From an uncultured Clostridia bacterium (GTDB lineage: Bacteria; Bacillota; Clostridia; TANB77; CAG-508), in the NCBI GenBank assembly GCA_948735595.1, contig CAPXSA010000005.1, positions 24,325 to 88,324 on the forward strand: 64,000 bases of DNA. Reading direction: 5' to 3'. Position numbers and translations under genes: made by a program. The notes under the pieces are model-generated. The model had not been told where the DNA came from and ran no database searches. It saw only the letters and a program-made list of their open reading frames with translations. Positions 1-10,288 of this stretch are shown in pieces. The stretch's first letter is position 1. The number at the start of each line of letters is the position of its first letter.

Positions 1-351
1 CCAGCATTACAACATGGATATAACTCTATGAATAAAAGAGTTACCAATAACAGAGCACCACAAAAAAGAGGTGTATGTACTGTTGTAAAAACTGTAACAC
101 CTAAAAAGCCAAACTCTGCTTTAAGAAAAGTAGCCAGAGTAAGACTATCTAATGGATATGAAGTAACTTCATATATCCCAGGTATTGGACATAATCTACA
201 AGAGCACAGTGTTGTTCTTATCAGAGGTGGAAGAGTAAAAGACCTTCCAGGTGTTAGATATCACATTATTAGAGGAACATTAGATACAGCAGGTGTTAAA
301 GATAGAATGCAAGCCCGTTCTAAGTACGGAGCTAAAAAACCTAAGAAATAA
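1..351 (+). CDS. rpsL: 30S ribosomal protein S12, 5' end cut by window edge
   Basis: Frame 1 is open from base 1 ([13 protein letters not shown]...). The S12 core [42 protein letters not shown] is present, and the gene is followed by rpsG-fusA-tuf. Confidence 0.96.
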   Translation, partial: PALQHGYNSMNKRVTNNRAPQKRGVCTVVKTVTPKKPNSALRKVARVRLSNGYEVTSYIPGIGHNLQEHSVVLIRGGRVKDLPGVRYHIIRGTLDTAGVKDRMQARSKYGAKKPKK

Positions 352-514
352 ATCGTAAATATAGTTCTTAGGAAAAACGGTGCTAATAATACATTACTAA
401 ATTAAGGTACTTAAATTTAGAATAGATTATATAGCACTATACGGAAAAGCATAAGGCTTTTCAGAGTACCTAATCATACAAATTGTATGAAATCATAAAA
501 AGGAGGGAAGAATA

Positions 515-985
515 GTGCCAAGAAAAGGATTTATAGCAAAAAGAGAAGTTTTACCAGATCCAATTTATAATAGCAAAGTTGTTACTAAATTAGTAAACAA
601 TGTAATGCTAGATGGTAAAAAAACTGTTGCTCAATCAATCGTATATGATGCATTTGACATCATTAAAGAAAAAGAGCAAAAAGATCCACTAGAAGTTTTC
701 CAAGCAGCTTTAGAAAATGTTATGCCAGTTCTTGAAGTTAAAGCAAGAAGAATTGGTGGTGCAACATACCAAGTGCCAATCGAAATTAGACCTGAAAGAA
801 GACAAACTTTAGGACTAAGATGGCTTGTAACATATGCTAGAAACAGACATGAAAAAACAATGGCTGAAAAACTAGCTAATGAAATCATTGATGCAGTAGC
901 TGGAAATGGTGGAGCTTTCAAGAAGAAAGAAGATATGCATAAAATGGCTGAAGCAAACCGTGCTTTTGCTCATTATAAGTTCTAA
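515..985 (+). CDS. rpsG: 30S ribosomal protein S7
   Basis: 156 aa with a GTG start 7 nt after [33 protein letters not shown] is the S7 signature, and the gene sits in str operon position. Confidence 0.96.
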   Translation: MPRKGFIAKREVLPDPIYNSKVVTKLVNNVMLDGKKTVAQSIVYDAFDIIKEKEQKDPLEVFQAALENVMPVLEVKARRIGGATYQVPIEIRPERRQTLGLRWLVTYARNRHEKTMAEKLANEIIDAVAGNGGAFKKKEDMHKMAEANRAFAHYKF

Positions 986-990
986 CAAAC

Positions 991-1070
991 CCGGCGGGGA
1001 CACACCTTGTCCCTAAAGGAATACTAAGGGGAAAGATGTGTCCTCGTTAGGAAAAAATAAATAGTAGAGG
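991..1070 (+). repeat. Dispersed intergenic repeat, family 1, upstream-type copy A (GGGGACACACCTTGTCCC ... ATGTGTCCTCGTTAG ... ATAAATAGTAGAGG)
   Basis: Closely related to 41784-41885 upstream of proS. It shares the GGGGACACACCTT core with 18201-18260 and 43339-43398. GGGACA can pair either with the adjacent TGTCCC or with the distal TGTGTCC. Confidence 0.75.
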
Positions 1071-1081
1071 AGGATAAAAAG

Positions 1082-3166
1082 GTGGCTGGAAGAGAGTTTC
1101 CTTTGGAGAAAACAAGAAATATAGGAATCATGGCTCACATTGATGCAGGAAAAACAACCACAACAGAGAGAATACTTTTCTATACTGGTAAAACTCACAA
1201 AATTGGAGAGGTTCACGATGGTGGAGCAACAATGGACTGGATGGTTCAAGAGCAAGAAAGAGGTATTACAATTACTTCTGCTGCTACAACTTGTCAATGG
1301 CTAGGACATCGTATCAATATTATCGATACTCCTGGACACGTAGACTTTACTGTTGAAGTTCAAAGATCTTTAAAAGTACTTGATGGTGCTGTAACAGTAT
1401 TAGCAGCTAAAGGTGGTGTTCAACCACAAACAGAAACAGTTTGGAGACAAGCTGATAAGTATTCAGTTCCAAGAATGGTATATGTAAACAAAATGGATAC
1501 TACTGGTGCTGACTTTATGCTTTGTGTTGATCAATTGAAAAATAGATTAAAAGCAAATGCAGTTCCAATTCAATTACCAATTGGAGCAGAAGAAAATTTC
1601 AAAGGTGTTGTAGACTTAATTAAAATGAAAGCTTTCATTCATAAAGACGATTTAGGAAAAGAAATTGAAGAGACAGATGTACCAGAAGATATGAAAGCAC
1701 AAGCAGAAGAATATAGAGCAAGCTTAATAGAAGCAGCAGCTGAACAAGATGATGAATTAATGATGAAATATTTAGATGGTGGAGAACTATCTGAAGAAGA
1801 AATTAAAAAAGGAATCAGATTAGGAACAATTGGAAATAAGATTATTCCTGTATGCTGTGGTTCTTCTTACAAGAATAAAGGTGTACAAGAATTATTAAAT
1901 GCAGTTGTAGAATTTATGCCATCACCACTTGATATTGCAGATATTAAAGGTGTTGACATGGATGGAAATGAATCGATAAGAAAAACATCTGATAGTGAAC
2001 CATTCGCAGCTTTAGCATTCAAAATTGCAACAGATCCATTCGTTGGAAAGATTTGCTTCTTTAGAGTATATTCTGGTACATTAGATGCAGGTTCAACTAT
2101 TTTAAATGCAAACAAAGATAAAAAAGATAGAATGGGAAGAATTCTATTAATGCATTCAAATCACAGAGAAGATATTGAAAAAGTATATGCAGGTGATATT
2201 GCAGCAGCAGTAGGATTAAAAGATGTTGGAACAGGTGATACATTATGTGATCCTGCACATCCAATTATTTTAGAATCAATGGAATTCCCAGAGCCAGTTA
2301 TTGATATCGCTATTGAGCCAAAAGATAAGGCAAATAGCGAGAAAATGGGAATCGCTTTAGCAAAACTTGCTGAAGAAGATCCAACTTTCAAAACTTGGAC
2401 AGATCAAGAATCAGGTCAAACTATCATTGCTGGTATGGGTGAATTACACTTAGATATCATCGTTGACCGTTTAAAAAGAGAATTCAAGGTTGAATGTAGT
2501 GTAGGTAAACCACAAGTTTCTTACAAAGAAACTATTAGAAACAAAGTTAAAGTACAAGGTAAATTCATTCGTCAATCTGGTGGTCGTGGACAATACGGTG
2601 ACGTATGGCTAGAAATGGAACCATTAGAGGCAGGAAAAGGAATTGAATTTGAAAGTAAAATCGTTGGTGGTGCAGTTCCAAAAGAATACATCAAACCAAT
2701 CGAGGAAGGTGTTAGAGAGGCTGCTAATAATGGTATCTTAGCAGGTTACCCTGTAATTGACTTTAAAGCTACATTGGTAGATGGTTCTTACCACGAAGTT
2801 GACTCTTCAGAAATGGCATTCAAAATTGCTGGTTCTATGGCATTCAAAGAGGGATGTAAACAAGCTAAATCAGTTATTTTAGAGCCAATTATGAAAGTTG
2901 AAGTAACAGTTCCAGAAGAATACATGGGAGATGTTATTGGAGATATTAACTCAAGACGTGGTAGAATGGAAGGTATGGAAGCTGTTCAAGGCAACCAAAT
3001 TATTAGAGCATTTATTCCATTATCAGAAATGTTTGGATATGCAACAGACTTACGTTCAAAAACACAAGGTAGAGGTACTTATTCAATGGAACCAAGCCAT
3101 TATGAAGAAGTTCCAAAATCAGTATTTGATACCATTGTTGCATCAAGAGCTAAGAAACAAGATTAA
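1082..3166 (+). CDS. fusA: Elongation factor G
   Basis: 694 aa with the GTPase motifs [14 protein letters not shown] and NKMD. It follows rpsG. Confidence 0.97.
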   Translation: MAGREFPLEKTRNIGIMAHIDAGKTTTTERILFYTGKTHKIGEVHDGGATMDWMVQEQERGITITSAATTCQWLGHRINIIDTPGHVDFTVEVQRSLKVLDGAVTVLAAKGGVQPQTETVWRQADKYSVPRMVYVNKMDTTGADFMLCVDQLKNRLKANAVPIQLPIGAEENFKGVVDLIKMKAFIHKDDLGKEIEETDVPEDMKAQAEEYRASLIEAAAEQDDELMMKYLDGGELSEEEIKKGIRLGTIGNKIIPVCCGSSYKNKGVQELLNAVVEFMPSPLDIADIKGVDMDGNESIRKTSDSEPFAALAFKIATDPFVGKICFFRVYSGTLDAGSTILNANKDKKDRMGRILLMHSNHREDIEKVYAGDIAAAVGLKDVGTGDTLCDPAHPIILESMEFPEPVIDIAIEPKDKANSEKMGIALAKLAEEDPTFKTWTDQESGQTIIAGMGELHLDIIVDRLKREFKVECSVGKPQVSYKETIRNKVKVQGKFIRQSGGRGQYGDVWLEMEPLEAGKGIEFESKIVGGAVPKEYIKPIEEGVREAANNGILAGYPVIDFKATLVDGSYHEVDSSEMAFKIAGSMAFKEGCKQAKSVILEPIMKVEVTVPEEYMGDVIGDINSRRGRMEGMEAVQGNQIIRAFIPLSEMFGYATDLRSKTQGRGTYSMEPSHYEEVPKSVFDTIVASRAKKQD

Positions 3167-3329
3167 TTTTCAAAAAATGCTTGATTTTATGCCAAAGATA
3201 GTATAAAATACAAGTGAATTTGGAGAATAGATGAGTTTGCATAAGTTATTTGTAAGGCTCATAAATTCGCCAACAACTAACTTAACCTTAATATTAAAAA
3301 ATATAATTAAAAATAGGAGGAAAATTTAA

Positions 3330-4532
3330 ATGGCTAAAGCAAAATTTGAAAGAACAAAACCACACGTTAACATTGGTACAATCGGACACGTTGACCATGG
3401 TAAAACAACAACAACAGCAGCTATTACAAAATACCTAAACTTATTAGGAAAAGCTCAATATGAAGCATACGATCAAATCGATGGTGCTCCAGAAGAAAGA
3501 GAAAGAGGAATTACAATTAACACAGCTCACGTTGAATACGAAACAGATAACAGACACTATGCACACGTTGACTGCCCAGGACACGCTGACTACGTAAAGA
3601 ACATGATTACTGGTGCTGCACAAATGGATGGTGCTATCTTAGTAGTATCTGCAGCTGATGGACCAATGCCTCAAACAAGAGAGCATATCTTACTTGCTAG
3701 ACAAGTAGGTGTTAAATATATCGTTGTTTATTTAAATAAATGCGATATGGTTGATGATCCTGAATTATTAGAATTAGTTGAAATGGAAGTTAGAGACTTA
3801 TTATCAAGCTATGATTTCCCAGGAGACGAAATTCCAATCGTTAAAGGTTCTTCATTAAAAGTATTAGAGAGCACATCAACAGATCCTAATGATCCTGTAT
3901 ATGCTCCAATGAAAGAATTAATGGATGCAGTTGATAGCTATATCCCAACACCTGACAGACCAATTGACCAACCATTCTTAATGCCAATCGAAGACGTTAT
4001 GACAATCAGTGGTAGAGGTACAGTTGTTACAGGTAGAGTAGAAAGAGGACAAGTAAAATTACAAGATGAAGTTGAAATCGTAGGTCTTTCAAAAGAATCT
4101 GCTAAAACAGTTGTTACTGGTGTTGAAATGTTCAGAAAAACAATGGATCAAGCAGAAGCTGGAGACAACATTGGTGTTCTATTAAGAGGAACTCAAAGAG
4201 ATGAAGTTGAAAGAGGTCAAGTATTAGCAAAACCTGGAACAATTCATCCACATACAAAATTCAAAGCTCAAGTATACGTTCTAACAAAAGAAGAAGGTGG
4301 ACGTCATACACCATTCTTCAATGGATATAGACCACAATTCTATTTCAGAACAACAGACGTTACAGGTGTTATTGATTTACAAGCTGGAACAGAAATGGTT
4401 ATGCCAGGAGATAACGTAGATATGACTATTGAACTTATTACTCCAATCGCTATCGAAAACGGATTAAGATTCGCTATTCGTGAAGGTGGACGTACAGTAG
4501 GTTCAGGAGTTGTTTCAGAAGTTATTGAATAA
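3330..4532 (+). CDS. tuf: Elongation factor Tu
   Basis: 400 aa with [17 protein letters not shown] and NKCD motifs. AGGAGG RBS upstream. Confidence 0.98.
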   Translation: MAKAKFERTKPHVNIGTIGHVDHGKTTTTAAITKYLNLLGKAQYEAYDQIDGAPEERERGITINTAHVEYETDNRHYAHVDCPGHADYVKNMITGAAQMDGAILVVSAADGPMPQTREHILLARQVGVKYIVVYLNKCDMVDDPELLELVEMEVRDLLSSYDFPGDEIPIVKGSSLKVLESTSTDPNDPVYAPMKELMDAVDSYIPTPDRPIDQPFLMPIEDVMTISGRGTVVTGRVERGQVKLQDEVEIVGLSKESAKTVVTGVEMFRKTMDQAEAGDNIGVLLRGTQRDEVERGQVLAKPGTIHPHTKFKAQVYVLTKEEGGRHTPFFNGYRPQFYFRTTDVTGVIDLQAGTEMVMPGDNVDMTIELITPIAIENGLRFAIREGGRTVGSGVVSEVIE

Positions 4533-4557
4533 GATATAACTTGAAATATATAAATAG

Positions 4558-4590
4558 CAGGGATTACAAGAAATTGTAGTCCTTGTTTTT
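4558..4590 (+). terminator. Intrinsic terminator of tuf
   Basis: Hairpin AGGGATTACAA-gaaa-TTGTAGTCCT followed by TTGTTTTTT. Confidence 0.8.
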
Positions 4591-4608
4591 TATGTGAAAG
4601 ATAAATAA

Positions 4609-4631
4609 ATGGAGGACATGATGTCCTCCAT
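4609..4631 (-). terminator. Terminator hairpin for the minus-strand gene 4641-4871
   Basis: Perfect 11-bp palindrome ATGGAGGACAT-g-ATGTCCTCCAT with a T-rich tail on the minus strand. Confidence 0.7.
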
Positions 4632-4640
4632 TTTGCAGGG

Positions 4641-4871
4641 TTAAATACGGAAAATGACTTTGAACCACAATTCGGGACATTCGGAAATCGTAATCACAGT
4701 GATGAGGTTCCCCGTTTGGTCCAGAAATTGTAACAATTCAGGAGTTGTCAAATTCGTCAATGCATATGTCCGGCCACTATTGTGAAGACCTTTACATGGA
4801 CAAGACGAAGTCTTGGCGATAGAGTTTACGAGGTCCTGCAACTGAGTTCTTTTCTCGTCTAAGTCATTCAT
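4641..4871 (-). CDS. Hypothetical 76-aa protein, compositionally atypical (higher G+C than its surroundings)
   Basis: Uninterrupted ORF ending 10 nt before a perfect terminator hairpin. No family recognised. Contains an in-frame CGG at 4770-4772. Confidence 0.5.
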   Translation of the reverse strand: MNDLDEKRTQLQDLVNSIAKTSSCPCKGLHNSGRTYALTNLTTPELLQFLDQTGNLITVITISECPELWFKVIFRI

Positions 4872-5032
4872 TGTAAAAACTCCTTCAATAAGATTATATC
4901 AAGAATACACTTGACATAATACAATTATAGCATAATTTAATAAAAAGAGCAAATTCAACATTGGACTAGTATAGTTTAATTATTGAATAATGCATAAAAT
5001 CACAAAATTTTATTAAAAATAGAAGTAGAATG

Positions 5033-5062
5033 TTGACAAAATGTAATACGATGTAGTACAAT
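5033..5062 (+). promoter_or_regulatory. Sigma-A-type promoter of the RelB/RelE module (TTGACA-18-TACAAT), with an imperfect inverted repeat TGTAATAC..GTAGTACA in the spacer
   Basis: Consensus -35 at 5033-5038 and -10 at 5057-5062, about 25 nt upstream of the antitoxin start. Confidence 0.55.
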
Positions 5063-5085
5063 AATAAAGAGAGGGGTTGATAGAT

Positions 5086-5304
5086 ATGACTATTTCGGTA
5101 AGATTAAGCGATAAAGATACAGAATTGATAAAAGCCTATGCTGAGATGAATAATATTTCTTTATCAGATTTGATAAGAAATGCGGTATTAGAGAAAATAG
5201 AAGATGAATATGACTTAGAGTGTTATAAAAAAGCAATGGAAGATTATAAGAAAAATCCTAAAACATATACAATGGAAGAAGTAAAAAAGGAGTTGGAGCT
5301 ATAG
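5086..5304 (+). CDS. RelB/DinJ-like ribbon-helix-helix antitoxin
   Basis: TISVRLSDKDTELIKAYAEMNNISLSDLIRNAV is an RHH antitoxin pattern. GAGGGG lies 9 nt before the ATG at 5086, and the stop overlaps the toxin GTG (ATAGTG). Confidence 0.8.
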   Translation: MTISVRLSDKDTELIKAYAEMNNISLSDLIRNAVLEKIEDEYDLECYKKAMEDYKKNPKTYTMEEVKKELEL

Positions 5305-5571
5305 TGCAATATAGAATTGTATTTACAGAAAAAGCAAAAAAACAACTAAAAAAAATAGATAAGTACACAGCGGCATTAATTATTCGGTTGGTTAGAAAAG
5401 AATATTGAGGGGTGTGAAAATCCAAGGGTACATGGAAAGGGATTAGTAGAGAATAAATCGGGGCAATGGAGATATAGAATAGGCGATTATAGAGTAATTT
5501 GTGAGATACAAGAACAAGAGATTATAGTACTCGTATTAGAGGTGGGACATAGGAAGAATATATATGAATAA
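5304..5571 (+). pseudogene. relE: RelE/ParE-family toxin interrupted by a +1 frameshift at in-frame CGG 5385-5387
   Basis: Frame 0 reads VQYRIVFTEKAKKQLKKIDKYTAALII-R-LVRKEY and stops at 5406-5408. Skipping C5385 gives ..ALII-GWLEKNIEGCENPRVHGKGLVENKSGQWRYRIGDYRVICEIQEQEIIVLVLEVGHRKNIYE, a full RelE-like toxin. Confidence 0.85.
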
Positions 5572-5588
5572 GATTATATTTAGAAAAA

Positions 5589-5625
5589 GCAAGGATTACA
5601 AGAAATTATAATACCTTGCTTTTTG
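5589..5625 (+). terminator. Terminator after relE; diverged duplicate of the tuf terminator
   Basis: AGCAAGGATTACAAGAAATTATAATACCTTGCTTTTT. The 15-nt GGATTACAAGAAATT is identical to 4561-4575. Confidence 0.7.
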
Positions 5626-5678
5626 TCATATTTTGTAATATACTGTTTCTATATAATAAAAAGGAGTAGAAATAAAAG

Positions 5679-5861
5679 ATGAAAAATAAATGGATTGCAT
5701 TGTTATTATGTTTTTTCTTTGGAGTAATAGGAGTTCATAAATTTTATGAAGGAAAAATTCTTTTAGGTATAGTATATATTTTTACAGGTGGATTATTTGG
5801 AATAGGTGTGTTAATTGATTTTATATCATTACTATTTAAACCAAATCCATATTATGTATGA
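5679..5861 (+). CDS. TM2 domain-containing small membrane protein
   Basis: 60 aa. The LCFFFGVIGVHKFYEGK..GIVYIFTGGLFGIGVLIDF pattern is typical of TM2 domains. AGGAG RBS. Confidence 0.8.
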   Translation: MKNKWIALLLCFFFGVIGVHKFYEGKILLGIVYIFTGGLFGIGVLIDFISLLFKPNPYYV

Positions 5862-5872
5862 TATAAAAGTAA

Positions 5873-5901
5873 TTGACTTTTTTAGTCATTAATTATATAC
5901 T
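5873..5901 (+). promoter_or_regulatory. Putative sigma-A promoter (TTGACT-17-TATACT)
   Basis: Hexamers at 5873-5878 and 5896-5901, upstream of the NlpC/P60 gene. Confidence 0.4.
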
Positions 5902-5974
5902 ATTAACTGTAACAAAGGATAAGAAATGAATACCCATAAGAAAGATAAAAAGAAAAAGGAGAGATTCTTATCAA

Positions 5975-7426
5975 ATGAAGAATTTAAAAAAAGTATTACT
6001 TACAGGAACTCTTACAGTTGTGGCATTATTAACGATTTCAACATATACAAATGCAGCTACTGTAAAGATTACAGGAGAAGTAGTAAACATTAGAAAAGAA
6101 GCATCTACAGAATCAAGCGTTGTTGCTAGATTATCAGAAGATGTAGAATGTGAATATATTGGAGAAAAAGGTAATTGGTATCAAATAAAATACAAGAATT
6201 ACACAGGCTATGTTAGTAAAGATTACGCAAAACTACAAGGAAAAGTTTCTAATAATCAAAGTAATTCTAATACAACAAATACACAAAATAATATTACAAC
6301 TCAAAATACTAATGGAAATCAAAATAATAGTACACAAACTAACAATGAACAAACAAATCAAACAACAAATAGTCAGAGTAATGCAGAAACAAATAACCAA
6401 GCAGATAATGAAGGAGATACAACTCAAACAAGTAGCACACAACCAGTGAATAAGAAACTAAAACAAAATAGTACAATTAAAATTTTGCCATTGGTTCATG
6501 CAAGTGATATAGGAAATGCAAAGACTTCTGACACAGTTCTTATACTGACAGAAACAGCAGGATGGTCATATATTCAAACAGATGAGATAAGCGGATGGGT
6601 TAGAACAACTAGTTTAGAAGATGCGAAAACTACTACACAAGTAAGTACTAAACCAACTGATACTTCTTCAAATTCTCAAAGTACAACAACTGAAAAAACA
6701 GGTTATATTAGTGAAGAAGAAGTTAATATGAGAAAAGGTGCCGGTACAACTTATTCCATCATAAAAACTCTAAAACTAAATGCAAAAGTTACAATTTTAG
6801 GAGAAGAGGGAAAATGGTATAAAGTGAAATCAGGAAATGACACAGGTTACATTTCAAAAGATTATGTGTCAGATACAGCTAAAATTACGAATAGAAGCTT
6901 AACAGATTCTAGAAGTAGCAAAGAAAGTGCAGAAAATAAAAAGGAAGAAACTACCACCACTGCTACAAAAACGGCAAATAAAACTACCACAACCAATAGT
7001 AATAAAAATATAATCAGTAACAATACAACTTCTAGTAGTATAAAAGGGACAGATGTAGTTGCTTATGCGAAAAAATATTTAGGTCATAAATATGTATGGG
7101 GTGGAGATGGTTCAAATGGAACTTTTGACTGTTCAGGATTTACGATGTATGTATATAAGCACTTTGGAGTAAGTCTTCCACATTACACAGTATCACAATA
7201 CAATAGTGGAAAAGGAATTAAAATTACAAAACAAAGTGATTTAAAAATGGGTGACATTGTATTTTTAACAGACTATGTATCAGGTGCACCTTGTGGACAT
7301 TGTGGAATTTATATTAGTGATGGAAAATTTATTCATGCGGATAGTACAGTTATGAAAGTAAATATTTCCGACTTAAATGGAATGTATAAAGGCAGATTTT
7401 GCGGAGCATTAAGAATTATTCAATAA
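5975..7426 (+). CDS. Secreted SH3b-repeat / NlpC-P60 cell-wall endopeptidase with N/T/Q-rich linkers
   Basis: Signal peptide, then three SH3b-like modules (GxVNIRKEAST..WYQIKY..GYVSKDY). The C-terminal P60 catalytic region is GGDGSNGTFDCSGF..GHCGIY..FIHA. Confidence 0.9.
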   Translation: MKNLKKVLLTGTLTVVALLTISTYTNAATVKITGEVVNIRKEASTESSVVARLSEDVECEYIGEKGNWYQIKYKNYTGYVSKDYAKLQGKVSNNQSNSNTTNTQNNITTQNTNGNQNNSTQTNNEQTNQTTNSQSNAETNNQADNEGDTTQTSSTQPVNKKLKQNSTIKILPLVHASDIGNAKTSDTVLILTETAGWSYIQTDEISGWVRTTSLEDAKTTTQVSTKPTDTSSNSQSTTTEKTGYISEEEVNMRKGAGTTYSIIKTLKLNAKVTILGEEGKWYKVKSGNDTGYISKDYVSDTAKITNRSLTDSRSSKESAENKKEETTTTATKTANKTTTTNSNKNIISNNTTSSSIKGTDVVAYAKKYLGHKYVWGGDGSNGTFDCSGFTMYVYKHFGVSLPHYTVSQYNSGKGIKITKQSDLKMGDIVFLTDYVSGAPCGHCGIYISDGKFIHADSTVMKVNISDLNGMYKGRFCGALRIIQ

Positions 7427-7485
7427 TATAGATACAAGAAAAATAGGAAAATTAAATAACTAGGGGGCAATAGAAAGGTGGAAGA

Positions 7486-9935
7486 ATGAGGCCATTTTGT
7501 ATTGCTACCATAGGTGGAATATTGGGAATTATTGTGGGGCTATACTTTAGAGGTATAGCTCTTTTTGTCATGTTTTTTATTTTATTCATTATATTCATGA
7601 TATTACTTTTTACAAAGCTTATAAAAAAGAAAGGAAAAGTTTTTGCTATATTTTTAATTAGTTTTATCCTATTTTATAGTCATATTTGCTTACAAGAAAA
7701 TAACTATGCAAACATAAATCAGAAATATGCTCAAAAGGAAGTTGAAGTACAAGCAATTGTTATCAAAGATAGGATAGAAAAGGAGTATAAAGATGTTTAC
7801 TATATTCAAGTAATAAAGATAAAGGGACAAGATAAAAAGCAAAACTTTAAAATGGTGTTAAATGTAAAAAGGCAAAAAGAAAAGAAGATTTTATTGGAAT
7901 ATGGAGATATGGTCTACTTTAAGGGAATTTATGAACAGCCAGATGAAGCTAGAAATGAAGGAGGATTTGATTATAGCAAATACCTTAAAACAAAGGGGAT
8001 AGCAGGAATAACTACGATAAAAGCAGAGGAAATAAAGGTGGTAGGTAAAAATCAGACTGGTGTGGTTGCAAGAGCTATACATGACATTAGACAAAATATA
8101 GTAGCAAAAGTAAGAAGAATTTTGCCAGAAGATATTGCTAATTTGTGTACAGGACTGTTGATAGGTGAAAAAACAGAATTATCAGAAGATATACAAGAGA
8201 CATTTCAAAAAAGCAGTTTATCCCATATGTTAGCTATTTCAGGTGCTCATGTTTCATATATTTTACTAGGGATAACTACTTTTATTCAAAAGTTAAAGCT
8301 TCATAAAAGGTGGGGAAAGGGCATTTTAATTCTCTTTTTCATTTTCTTTATGGCATTAACAGAATTTACTCCATCTGTTACTAGAAGTTGTATTATGGTG
8401 ATTTTACAATTGTTAGCAAGTATCCTATTTAGAAAATCAGATACTTATCAAAATTTAGCAATGAGTAGTTTTATCATTCTTCTCATAAATCCATATGCTT
8501 TATTAGAAATTGGATTTCAGCTCTCTTTTGGTGGAACTATTGGAATAGTAGTTTTTTCTAAGAAGTTACAAAGAATGAAAGATGATACTAAAAAAGAAAA
8601 GTTTACGAGTAAAAGGGGAGTACTAGTAGAAAAGACATTACACAAAGTAAAAGAAATGTGTATGGTTACTCTATCGGCTAATTTAGTTATTATTCCTATT
8701 ATGATGTATTACTTTAATACAATTTCACTTACTTTTTTCATTTCTAATTTATTGGCAAGCCCTATTTTAGGGATTAGCTTGATTTTAGGAATGATATTTA
8801 TGATATCGCTTTTGATATTACCTCTAGCAAAGTTAATTTCTTTGCTTTTATATTCTGTTTTACAAATACTTATATGGATAGCACAAGTTTCAAGTAATTT
8901 ACCCTTTTCACAGATTTTAGTTCCAACGCCTAAAATATGGCAAATTCTGTTATATTATCTAGTTCTAATAGTTATCTTTTTTCATAAAGCTAAATTATTT
9001 CTCCAATATTCATTTATGCTTAAATATCGAAAAGTTATGATAACAATATTACTTCTTCTTATGATTTCACCATCTATTTTACAAATCATTCCTGATAACA
9101 AATTAACCATTTCCTTTATTGATGTGGGGCAAGGGGATAGTATGTTAATTCAAACACCGTCTCGCAAAACCATATTGATAGATGGTGGGGGAAGTGAAAC
9201 TGGTAGTTTTAATGTAGGAGAAAAGACAGTAATTCCCTATTTATTAGATAAAGGAATTATGAGCATTGATTATATGATTTTCTCTCATTTTGATAGTGAC
9301 CACTGTCAAGGGCTGTTAAGTGTAATGGAAAAGCTAAAGGTAAAAAATGCTGTTATTAGTAACCAAGGTGAGAAGTCTAATAATTATATACAGTTTTTGA
9401 AAATAGCCAAAGCAAGGAATGTGAAGGTTATATCAGTACGAGCAGGAGATAGGATTACGATAGATAAAGAGTGTTATTTGTCGATTCTGTTTCCAAAACA
9501 GGAGCTTATTAAGGAAAATGTATTAAATAACAATTCATTAGTAGCAAAGTTTATATATCAGCCAAAACCAGGTAAAGAATTGAGTATATTGCTTACAGGA
9601 GATATAGAGAAAATAGCAGAAAAGCAGTTGATACAGATGTATCAAGATACAAATGAATTACAAGCAAATATCCTAAAAGTAGCACATCATCGGTTCTAAA
9701 ACATCTTCTACAATAGAATTTTTAGAGTTAGTGAAGCCAAAGATTGCATTAATAGGAGTTGGAGAAAAGAATATGTTTGGACATCCAAGTCAAGTGACAT
9801 TGGACAGTTTGACCAATTTGCGGAAGTAGAATTTATAGGACGGATGAAAGTGGAGAAATTACTATAACTATTAGTTGTAGGCGGAAATTTGAAAGTAAAA
9901 AAGAAAATAAAGGAATATCCATAGAACACATATAG
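7486..9935 (+). pseudogene. comEC: ComEC/Rec2 DNA internalisation channel, 3' end interrupted by +1 shifts at CGG 9691-9693 and 9821-9823 (possibly also 9882-9884)
   Basis: The 737-aa ORF has a competence membrane domain and a metallo-beta-lactamase domain (IDVGQGDS, HFDSDH) and stops at ..KVAHH-RF. Skipping C9691 gives HH-GSKTSSTIEFLELVKPKIALIGVGEKNMFGHPSQVTLDSLTNL. Skipping C9821 gives GSRIYRTDESGEITITIS. Confidence 0.9.
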
Positions 9936-10027
9936 AAGAGATGAAACAAGCAAAGAGTAAGGAAATGAGAACTTAAAGTTTGCAACTATTTATTAGTTGC
10001 AAAAAATCAAGAGAAGGAGTATAATAT

Positions 10028-10288
10028 ATGAGTAAGATAGAAAAACTATTAACAAGGATATATAGCAAACCAAAAGATTTTACCTATCAAGAATTAAAAA
10101 CTTTGTTAGAACAACTTGGATTTATAGAATATAACAAAGGTAAGACTTCTGGTTCAAGAGTTGAATTTATAGACAATAATACAAAAATCAAAATAAAAAT
10201 ACATAAACCACATCCAACAAATAATTTAAAGCCATATCAAATTGAAATTATTTTAGAAGAATTAAAGAAATGGGAGGGATTAAGATGA
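10028..10288 (+). CDS. hicA: HicA-family mRNA interferase toxin
   Basis: 86 aa. The ..FTYQELKTLLEQLGF..GSRVEF..KIHKPHP pattern is HicA-like, and the stop overlaps the hicB start (ATGA). Confidence 0.8.
   Translation: MSKIEKLLTRIYSKPKDFTYQELKTLLEQLGFIEYNKGKTSGSRVEFIDNNTKIKIKIHKPHPTNNLKPYQIEIILEELKKWEGLR

Noticed and set aside
352-514. The 163-nt rpsL-rpsG spacer with hairpin GAAAAGC-ataag-GCTTTTC as an S7 autoregulatory site.
   Set aside because: This is plausible by analogy with E. coli, but I cannot show sequence or structure similarity to a known S7 binding site from the sequence alone.
631-921. Antisense or shadow ORFs inside conserved genes. These include 631-921, 1013-1297, 1867-2115, 2161-2391, 11518-11808, 16361-16717, 17273-17560, 29588-29965, 30005-30337, 31052-31561, 35292-35687, 38395-38880, 45091-45435 and 50913-51275.
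   Set aside because: All lie opposite or out of frame within strongly supported genes. They have no RBS and have low-complexity or Cys/Leu/Ser-rich translations typical of non-coding frames.
6210-6449. ORFs 6210-6449 (+) and 6233-6442 (-) within the NlpC/P60 gene.
   Set aside because: They are alternative-frame readings of the N/T/Q-rich low-complexity linker of the 5975-7426 gene.
9708-9953. 81-aa minus-strand ORF downstream of comEC.
   Set aside because: The plus strand here encodes the conserved ComEC C-terminus (GSKTSS.., IYRTDESG..) once the CGG shifts are taken into account, so the minus ORF is a shadow.
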